Below, in pieces: positions 40,573 to 48,372 of a stretch of DNA of 64,000 nt. Position numbers and translations under genes: made by a program. The stretch comes from an uncultured delta proteobacterium (GTDB taxonomy: Bacteria > Myxococcota_A > Polyangia > Polyangiales > B10-G4). The stretch is from assembly GCA_963727445.1 (NCBI GenBank), contig CAVSGI010000020.1, positions 32,001 through 96,000 on the forward strand, given 5' to 3'. How positions within the stretch are numbered: the stretch's first letter is position 1; each line of letters starts with the position of its first letter. The notes below the pieces were generated by a model. That model was given only the letters and a program-made list of their open reading frames with translations, searched no databases and was not told the origin of the DNA.

Positions 40573-40965
40573 GTGGAACAGATCAGCCCGCTCGAGCGCT
40601 CCGTTCTCAGTCTCCTGCTCGAAGGAGATCATCCGGCGCTTCCCGCGCTTCGCAAGCAGGTCGCGTCTTGTCAGGTGACCAAGCGCGCGTTTACTGGAGC
40701 GGGGTTCGTGACGGAACTTCACGTGCCGTCAGAAGTCCCGTCCGTCCCTCTGCGAGATGAGTCCATCCGTTTCGGTGACGTCATCGCCGAGGTCATCGGC
40801 TTGGAGGCTGGAGCTGGTTTCGTCCTCTATGTCGACAAAGGTCGTATCACCGCACTCGAAGGCTATACGTTCGGTGAGCCATGGCCGGCGGAAGTCGAAG
40901 TGAACTCGTTTGACTACTCGACGATGCCTCGTGATTTCTCACCGCTCGACGTCGAGAGCTCTTGA
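40573..40965 (+). CDS. Putative cognate immunity protein 1
   Basis: Small ORF 8 bp after the toxin stop with GAGG RBS. Motifs FTGAGF and GFVLYVDKGRITALEGYT..EPWP. Confidence 0.75.
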   Translation: MEQISPLERSVLSLLLEGDHPALPALRKQVASCQVTKRAFTGAGFVTELHVPSEVPSVPLRDESIRFGDVIAEVIGLEAGAGFVLYVDKGRITALEGYTFGEPWPAEVEVNSFDYSTMPRDFSPLDVESS

Positions 40966-41054
40966 GCCGACCGCGAGGCGCGGGTGTTCGCGTGAGTCGG
41001 GGTGATGTTTTAGCGCCAACTACGAGTACCTGCGACGAATGGGGACTGCGACGA

Positions 41055-42192
41055 ATGGGGACGGATCTCGAAAACTCGGTTTCGGCGCCCGCTAGGTTCC
41101 AACCGATGACCTCGACACGAATCGAGCGTCACGAGGTGCCACGCGCACTGCGCGCCTTCGTCGCCGGCACCCTGGTCGCGACGGGCCTCGCCGGCACCTG
41201 CGGCGCCGGCGTCGCGTTGGCGCACGACAAGATCGAGACGCTCGAGGTCGGCGATCGCGTGGTGACCGCGGCGATGCTCGACGAAGACGCGCCCGCGTAC
41301 GAAACGCGCGTCCGGCCCGACTGGCAGGTCATCGATCTCGAGGTCGCGGGCACGGCCCACGACGGAAAGCGCCAGGTCGTCGCCCTCGCCGTCCTCCGAC
41401 CGCCCGATTGGCTCGACGCCGAGGACCCGGACGGCGACGGCGCCTTCCCCTTGGACCTCCCCGAGCTCCGCCTCCGCGGCCTCGCCCACGTCATCCAGGT
41501 CCGCGGCCCACCCACGCTCGCCGCGGGACCCGGCCGCGTCGTCCTCTCCACCGTCGTCCACGAAGACGCCGACGTCGTCTCGCTACGCCTCACGCGCGAG
41601 GACGACGCCTTCGCCGCGCCGATCGAGAATCCGCGCGACGGCGAACCACCCCTTCTACTCCCTCGCGCGCCGCGACTGGGTCTCCGCTGGCGACCTCGCG
41701 CTCGGCGAGCCGGTCCAAACCGCGCACGGCGCGTATGCGCTCAGCGCCCGCGAACCGCTCCCCGGAACGCACCGCGTCTACAACCTCGAAGTCGAGCGCG
41801 ACCACGCGTACCTCGTCTCGAACGTCGGCGCGCGGGTGCACAATGCGTATCCGGGACCTCCGTTTAGCGGTACAGCGCACCAAGCACGTTGGGCGACGGC
41901 CCGACAAGGTTTGGAAGGGCCAGGTCTTCGTGATCACTTCGCCAAGCATGGGGCCGAAGTAGGTGCCGACTCTGCTCGAGCCTACGATCGTAGCGCACGA
42001 CAGACTATTCAAAACGGTAGACGGTTCAGATATCGGGATAGGGCGAGTGGCGAGTGGCGAGTTGGCTATTGGGACGCCGAAACCGGCCTATTCACCGCCA
42101 CGAGTCAGACCAGAGGCCGACCTGCAATCCTGACGCACTTTCCAGAGACATGGGAAAACCTGCGCCGCCTGCCCGGTTTCTCAGCGAGCTGA
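41055..42192 (+). pseudogene. Orphan cassette 1: leader + Hint (no N-terminal Cys, +1 frameshift at ~41628) + alternative toxin tip (41845-42192)
   Basis: Near-identical copy of 39626-40321. GATCGAGAATCC versus GATCGAGATCC in the main gene. After VHNAYP the sequence is unrelated and contains DHFAKHG. Confidence 0.85.
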
Positions 42193-42194
42193 AG

Positions 42195-42665
42195 ATGTCA
42201 ACGCGCAAGCTCATCGAAGAGACGCGCCTTGGACTGGCAACCGAGATCAAACTTCCACATCAGGCTGCCGCCCTCGGCATGAACCTGTACCGTCTGATCT
42301 ATGAGCTCGGGTGCGAGGATGACGCGGTGGTGGCTTCGCTCATATCCGCGTTCAAAACGCGATTGCGCGACATGGGATTCGAGAACCTCGTCTCTCACCA
42401 AATGCGTTATGCGATCCGGCTCGCAGACTCCGACGGGCAGCTCCGCTACGAAGAGCTACACAAGCTCCTCTCCCTTTGTGACGAGACATTCGGGCTGAGG
42501 AAGCTGGGGCTTGCCGAAGAACCGGACGTTCGCGATGTGTTCGAGTCGGCGGTTCGGCGTCGCTTGCGTGTTCAACGAGCCGACGCCGTACTGGTCGCCG
42601 AGGACAGGATCACGAATAGCAACCGCCGCAGGTGGTGGTACCAGGAGCTCGTCGGAGCCAGCTGA
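42195..42665 (+). CDS. Putative immunity protein 2
   Basis: ATG 2 bp after the orphan tip stop. 156-aa helical-looking protein unrelated to immunity 1. Confidence 0.7.
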   Translation: MSTRKLIEETRLGLATEIKLPHQAAALGMNLYRLIYELGCEDDAVVASLISAFKTRLRDMGFENLVSHQMRYAIRLADSDGQLRYEELHKLLSLCDETFGLRKLGLAEEPDVRDVFESAVRRRLRVQRADAVLVAEDRITNSNRRRWWYQELVGAS

Positions 42666-42683
42666 GACGTAGGGGGACGACGA

Positions 42684-43158
42684 ATGGGGACGGATCTCGG
42701 AAACTCGGTTTCGGCGCCCGCTAGGTTCCAACCGATGACCTCGACACGAATCAAGCGACACGAGGTGCCACAAGCGCTGCGCGCCATCGTCGCCGGCACC
42801 CTGGTCGCGACGGGCTTCGCCGGCACCTGCGACGCGGGCGTCGCCCTCGCGCACGACGAGATCGAGGCGCTCGAGGTCGGCAATCGTGCGGTGACAGCGG
42901 CGATGCTCGACGAAGACGCGCCGGTGTACGAGACGCGCGTCCGACCCGATTGGCAGGTCGTCGATCTCGAGGTCGCGGGCACGGGCGAAGACGGAAAGCG
43001 CAAGGTCGTCGCGCTCACCGTCCTCCGGCCGCCCGGCTGGCTCCACGCCGAGGACCCGGACGGCGACGGCGCCTTCCCCCTGGACCTCCCCGAGCTCCGC
43101 CTCCGCGGCCTCGCCCACGTCATCCAGGTCCGCGGCCCGCCCACGCTCGCCGCGGGAC
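42684..43158 (+). pseudogene. Orphan cassette 2: leader + truncated Hint
   Basis: Same leader as 41055 and Hint sequence up to PPTLAAG, then it breaks into the GGGGACGG end. Confidence 0.85.
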
Positions 43159-43166
43159 GGGAAGAA

Positions 43167-43191
43167 GGGGACGGTCCGAATTTCCGTAACG
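43167..43191. repeat. Solitary 25-bp element end
   Basis: GGGGACGGTCCGAATTTCCGTAACG is the reverse complement of 33150-33174 at 24/25. Confidence 0.9.
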
Positions 43192-43239
43192 CCATGCCCC
43201 AGGAGTCGCCAAGAAGCCCCACCGCCGCAAACCCTCAGC

Positions 43240-44007
43240 TCAGGTCTCGGGTGCCGTCCAGATCAGCGTACGGCCGTCGTCGGGCTTGGGTCGATGCACG
43301 CAGTTGCGCCGATCCTCGGAACGACACGTCTCGTTGTCACGAAACCACGCGGGAAGTCCGAACGGCAGATCGGCCGCCGGGATCGGCGCGTAGTCCCCAT
43401 CTCGGAACTCCTCGAGGCTGTAGTTCCACGCGCGCGGCACGCCGTCGGGATCGGGCGTCACCTCCTTGCGGAGCGAGGTGACCGCCGAACGCCATTGCGA
43501 ACGGAGCCGCGCGTGGTCGTGACTCGCGGGATGCAGGATCTTCACATAACGCTGTTGGTCGCGACCCGGCCACAGATCGAGCGCCTGATGGGCGATGCGA
43601 CCGAACGCGACGACCGCCTCGACCTTCGATCCGCGCGCGAGATCGTAGAGCGCGTTGCGCCACGCCATGTGTTCCGGGTCGTTCAGCATCGACCAGGACG
43701 CACCCTGTTGGCTCGGAAAGAGCCCGTAGACGAAGGCGTTCAAACACAGATAGCTACGTGTCAGCCCGAGCTTCTTCAGAAAGGCCTGCACCCGCTGCCC
43801 CGAATCGCCGACCAGGCACCGACCCGCGATCCGCTCCGTCGGCCCCGGATCGGACGCGATGACCAGCACCCGCGCCGACCCGTCGAGCCGCCCCCGATAA
43901 AACACGGGCCCCCAGCTGTACCAGAACCGCTCCGCGTACTTCCCGTAGTCCGGCACCTGCGCGAAGAGCTGCTCGAACGCTGGCGGCGGTCCTGGGTCGT
44001 GGGCCAT
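43240..44007 (-). CDS. Uracil-DNA glycosylase superfamily protein
   Basis: ARVLVIASDPGPTE....LVGDSG, YLCLNA, VVAFG..A, ILHP. Confidence 0.75.
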   Translation of the reverse strand: MAHDPGPPPAFEQLFAQVPDYGKYAERFWYSWGPVFYRGRLDGSARVLVIASDPGPTERIAGRCLVGDSGQRVQAFLKKLGLTRSYLCLNAFVYGLFPSQQGASWSMLNDPEHMAWRNALYDLARGSKVEAVVAFGRIAHQALDLWPGRDQQRYVKILHPASHDHARLRSQWRSAVTSLRKEVTPDPDGVPRAWNYSLEEFRDGDYAPIPAADLPFGLPAWFRDNETCRSEDRRNCVHRPKPDDGRTLIWTAPET

Positions 44008-44360
44008 CGAATCCCCTACACGACGCGGACCTTACCGCATGAAGGGTGCAGCCGTCAGCGCCTTCATGGCCCCGCCCAGTCCCCGATGAACACGTTTCCC
44101 GCCGCGTCCCGGTACGTGAAGAGCAGGAACAGGTTGATCGACCCGTCGGCAGACGCGTCGTAGCAGTCGGATGTGCAGGCATCGGCGTCGACGCGGTTGC
44201 CGTCGTCGCCGATGCTCGTACAGTCGTCGGGCGAGGACGCCGCCCTCGAGGAAGCGCCGGAGCTCGGCCTCGACGAAAGCCGGGACACCGACGCCGCTAG
44301 TGCCTGGTCCACAACCAGCGAGCCGATACAGGCGCGCGCAGAATCGAATCGAGTCGCAGC

Positions 44361-45983
44361 TCAGGGTGCAACGGGGCCGAGCGGCGTGCCGGGCGGGGCC
44401 CAGGCGACGAGGACGTCGGCGTCCGTCGTGAGCCCGAGGACGCGGAGCGACTGCGGCGACAAATCGATGAGGCGACCGGTGCGGGTGTTGGGACCCCAGT
44501 CCACCGGCCGCACGACGATGGTGGCGCCGGTGTTCGGGTTGCGGACCACCAGCTTGGCGCTCCGGAGCCAGGAGACGCCCTGGGGCGCGTAGTTCCAGCG
44601 CATGGCGCAGAAGTAGTAGTCGTCCGGATGGCTCGCGGCTTCGGACGGGGAGGGGTTCATCGGCGAGTTGAGGCTGCGCAGGCGCTCGCCGGTGACGGCG
44701 CCGGTCTCGGTGCTGCTCACGCCCGTGTCGTCGGGACCGCCGAACCAGCTGATGCTGCCGCGCACCCAAGACACGCCGCCGTCGCCGACGACGGTGCCCT
44801 CTGGCTCGGTGGACACACCGAGGGCGCGCTCCAGCGTCGGATTCGCGAGCCCCGCGCGCGGGATGGACATCCCGTCGAGGTCGAGGCCTGCGTAGGGGAA
44901 CGAGGTCGAGGGCGTCGGCGGCGCTTCTGCCGGCATTGGCAGGGGCTCGGAGCCGGCGTCCGAGCCGCGGGGGCCGCAGTCGCTACAGTCGGTGCCGAGG
45001 GCGCACACCGAGTAGAGCGCGCCGGAGCCTCCGTCGTCGCACTCGCCGTCGCCGGCCCAGCGACAGGTGTCTTCGCAGCCGGCCGTGGTGTCACCGGTCG
45101 TGTCGGGCGCAGGTGCAGGCGCCGGGTCGCTGCCGGTACCGCGGCTGCCGCAGTCCATGCAGTCGGTGCCGTACTCGCAGAGCGACCAGTCCGAGTCGGG
45201 CCCACCGTCGTCGCACTCGCCGTCGCCGAAGTAGGGGCAGGTGTTGGTGCAGCCGGCGGTGTCGGTGCTGGTGTCGGTCCCGATGCCAGGGTCGGTCCCG
45301 CTGCTCGTCCCGGTGTCGGTCCCGGCGCTATCGGCGGGCGAGTCCACCGGCGCCGACGAGCCAGAGTCGGCGAACCACGGCGTCGCCATCGCCGCACCGT
45401 CGGTGCTCAGCTCGATGTGGATGTGGTCGTGGTGGGGGTGAGGGCCGCCGTACGCGCAATCCTTGCGGCCGCTGTAGCTGATGTTCCACTTGGTGCGATC
45501 CCAGATGAAGAACTGCACCCCGATCTCGGTCGCGTGATCGATGAGCCAGTTGGCGACGGGATCGCCGAGGTCGTTGTCGGCGTCTCCACCGCTCAGGGGG
45601 ATGAAGAGGTCAATCGCGCGCCCCGTGCCGTGCATCGAGAGCTCGGAGCGATTGGCGGTGTTCGGACGGCAGGCGTAGCCGTCGAAGCGCGTCGCCGCGA
45701 AGTTCGCGACCAGGTAGTTGCCGAGGGTGCTCGCGCCCTCCGAGAAGGTGCCGCTGCAGCTCGCGCCGCCGTTGTAGGGGCCAGCGCCCTCGTAGGTTCC
45801 GCTCTGCGCTTCGCCCGAGGCCCGCGCTTCGTCCGACGGGATGTAGCGCCCGTCGCGGGACAGCGGCGCCGCGTCCGCGTGCTTGTAGGGATCGTCGCCC
45901 TCCACCTCGTGGTCGGCTGGGAGCGCTGCGCAGCCACCGAGGAGCACGATGGATGTCGCGAGAGCGAAGAGGGGTCGAAGCAT
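44361..45983 (-). CDS. Lipoprotein with M15/Hedgehog-type Zn peptidase domain, two Cys-rich repeats and a C-terminal RlpA-like double-psi beta-barrel
   Basis: Lipobox LGGC; SMHGTGRAIDL and HHDHIHIEL; 2x C..TC...GDGECDDGG....S.C..GTDC.DCG.R; VVRPVDWGP...RLIDLS. Confidence 0.75.
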   Translation of the reverse strand: MLRPLFALATSIVLLGGCAALPADHEVEGDDPYKHADAAPLSRDGRYIPSDEARASGEAQSGTYEGAGPYNGGASCSGTFSEGASTLGNYLVANFAATRFDGYACRPNTANRSELSMHGTGRAIDLFIPLSGGDADNDLGDPVANWLIDHATEIGVQFFIWDRTKWNISYSGRKDCAYGGPHPHHDHIHIELSTDGAAMATPWFADSGSSAPVDSPADSAGTDTGTSSGTDPGIGTDTSTDTAGCTNTCPYFGDGECDDGGPDSDWSLCEYGTDCMDCGSRGTGSDPAPAPAPDTTGDTTAGCEDTCRWAGDGECDDGGSGALYSVCALGTDCSDCGPRGSDAGSEPLPMPAEAPPTPSTSFPYAGLDLDGMSIPRAGLANPTLERALGVSTEPEGTVVGDGGVSWVRGSISWFGGPDDTGVSSTETGAVTGERLRSLNSPMNPSPSEAASHPDDYYFCAMRWNYAPQGVSWLRSAKLVVRNPNTGATIVVRPVDWGPNTRTGRLIDLSPQSLRVLGLTTDADVLVAWAPPGTPLGPVAP

Positions 45984-46205
45984 CGAGGGACCTTTCCGGG
46001 GGGGTCTGTCGTTCCCGGCGGGAGTGCCGTGCCTCGTCCCATCGCAAAGCAGATGCCATTTGGGGGCGGCGCCCCTCGATCGCACAACCGCTGGCGATCC
46101 GAGACGCCACCTGTCACCTCGATGTTCGGGGGCCGGGGACCACGTGCCCCGAACGGAGCATTAAGTGTGGTCCGTCAGCGCGTGGTCACGCGCCCCCGGT
46201 GAGCG

Positions 46206-46847
46206 TCACTCGGCGCGCGACGTCGGCCGATTAAGAGCGCGACGCTCCGCCTCGACCGCGGCTCGAAAGTGACAGCCATCGAGGTGATCGTTGACCAGGC
46301 CCATGGCCTGCATGAACGCGTAGGCCGTGGTGGGACCGACGAAGGTCCAGCCGCGCCGCTTGAGGTCCGCGGAGAGCCGCGCCGACGCCTCCGTCTGCGA
46401 GAGCTCGCGCATCACGGCGTAGGTCAGCTTCTTCGGCCGCGCGCGCGGCGCGGGCTCGAACTGCCAGAAATGCGCGGCGAGAGAGCCGTGCTCGTCGGCG
46501 AGCTCGCGCGCGCGCTTGGCGTTGTTGATCGCCGATTCGATCTTGCCCCGGTGACGGACGATTCCCTCGTCGCGGAGCAGCCGCTCGACGCTCCGCCGGT
46601 TGAAGCGGGCCACCCGCTCGAAGTCGAAGTCGGCGAACGCCTCGCGGAACGCGGGGCGCTTGCGCAGGATCGTCAGCCAGCTGAGGCCGGACTGGAACCC
46701 CTCGAGGCAGATCTTCTCGAAGAGCCGGGCGTCGTCGGTGACGGGTCGCCCCCACTCGTGGTCGTGGTAGGCGCGATAGTCCTCGCGCTCACCCGGCCAC
46801 CAACAGCGGGTGAGACCATCCGAGCCCCGGGTCAGGCCCTTCGCCAA
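46206..46847 (-). CDS. tag: DNA-3-methyladenine glycosylase I
   Basis: RCWW..., YHDHEWG, LEGFQSGLSWLTILRKR, FVGPTT.YAFMQAMGLVNDH..C. Confidence 0.96.
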   Translation of the reverse strand: MAKGLTRGSDGLTRCWWPGEREDYRAYHDHEWGRPVTDDARLFEKICLEGFQSGLSWLTILRKRPAFREAFADFDFERVARFNRRSVERLLRDEGIVRHRGKIESAINNAKRARELADEHGSLAAHFWQFEPAPRARPKKLTYAVMRELSQTEASARLSADLKRRGWTFVGPTTAYAFMQAMGLVNDHLDGCHFRAAVEAERRALNRPTSRAE

Positions 46848-46856
46848 GCGAAGTGC

Positions 46857-46991
46857 TCAGCCCTTCTTGGCGGGCTTCTTCTCGGGCGCTTTCTTCCCCT
46901 CGGCGTCCTGCTTTTCGCGCCACTTCTCGAGCTTCTTGGTGGCACGCCGCTTCTGCTTGTTGCGCTGGGGTGAGTCCTGTTTGCTGGCCAT
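46857..46991 (-). CDS. Small basic protein (44 aa), not in the ORF track
   Basis: MASKQDSPQRNKQKRRATKKLEKWREKQDAEGKKAPEKKPAKKG*. AAGG upstream, GC3-biased codons, and it fills the gap just ahead of tag. Confidence 0.6.
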   Translation of the reverse strand: MASKQDSPQRNKQKRRATKKLEKWREKQDAEGKKAPEKKPAKKG

Positions 46992-47031
46992 GGCGCGGAC
47001 CTTAGCTCAGCCCAAGAACCCGTGCACGTGG

Positions 47032-48290
47032 CTACTCGACGCGGCTGAGCCTCAGGACCCGGCCGTCGCCCTGGTCGAGGATCCAGACGTTTCCGTCGCC
47101 GTCCGCGGCCACGCTCGTCGGGTTGGTCAGGCCACCGACCACGCGCTGCTGGGTGGCATCGTCCCTCAGGGCGACCAGCTCGCCGCCCCCGAGGAGCGCG
47201 ACCAGCATCACGGTGCCGAAGGGCATGTCGCCGTCGAAGGTGGCCGAGACCGGCTCTGCGAGAATCCTGGGCCCACGGCAGCGGCGAGTCCCAGGGCTCG
47301 AGGGCGAGGGTGAATCCATCGGAGCCGATGCCATCCGAGCCGGCGGAGAAGAGCACCAGCTTCGCGGGGAGGAAGCGGCTCGGGCAGACGGCGAGGAAGA
47401 AGCCCTCGGCGGGGGTGGGCAGACCGTCCGCCTCGGTGAGCATCACCTCGGTGCTTCCGTCGGGCATGACCTTCATCGATCCCCACGTCCTGCGCGTGGA
47501 TGTAGACGTAGCTGCCGTAGCGAACGACGCCGTTGCACGCGCCCGCGCGGACGAGGGAGATCGCGCCGCCGGGAAGGATCGAGTAGAGGCCCCCGCCGGC
47601 CCCCGCGACGCAGGCGTAGATCTGCTCGTCGTATCCGTCGCCGGAGACGAGCTGCGCCTGCGCGAGGCGCCCGTCGCCGGGCAGGGTGCCGCTCAGGGGA
47701 ACGGGGACGAGCGACCCGCTCGATCCGTCGAGGAGCTCGAAAGGATCGCCGGCGACGACCAGCGGCCCGGGACCGAAGCCGCTGTCGGAGTGCGCCATGA
47801 GCAACGTCGCGCTGCGACCCATCAGGCCGACGTCGCCCGGCAGCGGGGCGTCGAGGCTCAGCCCGTCGGCGACTTCGTATTGAACGCCGTCCACATCGAC
47901 GAGCGCGGTCGGGCCGGCCTCGACGAGATAGCGCAGGTCGCCACCCATCGCGGGCGCGTCCGAGTCGAGGATGAGCATCCGGCCGTCGCGTACGTCCATC
48001 CCGGCCGAAAGCTCGATCACCACCGGCTCGCCGTCCGGCGCCGTGACCTCGAGCTCGTGCTGCCCGTTCAGACGGCCGGGCTCGGCCGAGATCGTCAGGA
48101 CGCGACCGAAGATCGCCGCCTCGGGAGGCTCGATGGTGACCTCGATGCGAAGCGTCTCCCCCTGAAGCATCGAGGTGCCATCGAGGGCGCGTACTTCGAC
48201 CTGCGCGATGGGGGGCGCGAGCTCATAGCCCACGCGCCCGCAGGATGCGGTGGCGAAAATGCAGACGAGTAACGAGGCACGCCTCAGCAA
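47032..48290 (-). CDS. Beta-propeller-like lipoprotein, frameshifted (~47480, ~47275)
   Basis: Lipobox TASC. Continuous reading across ORFs 47208..48290, 46832..47476 and 47032..47334, ending in an NHL-like GLTNPTSVAADGDGNVWILD. Confidence 0.6.
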
Positions 48291-48372
48291 ACGAAACCTC
48301 CCATTTCTGAGACGGTTTCAGTCTACTTCACGAACTGTGTAGGTGGGGGTGCGAGGCCCGACGATTTTCGAA

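Noticed and set aside
41030..41156. Integron attC site ahead of the orphan cassettes
   Set aside because: No convincing RYYYAAC...GTTRRRY paired ends and no integron integrase in the window.
46124..46154. Inverted repeat GTTCGGGG...CCCCGAAC as a terminator or REP copy
   Set aside because: Short stem, long loop, no U-tract and no real match to the element end.
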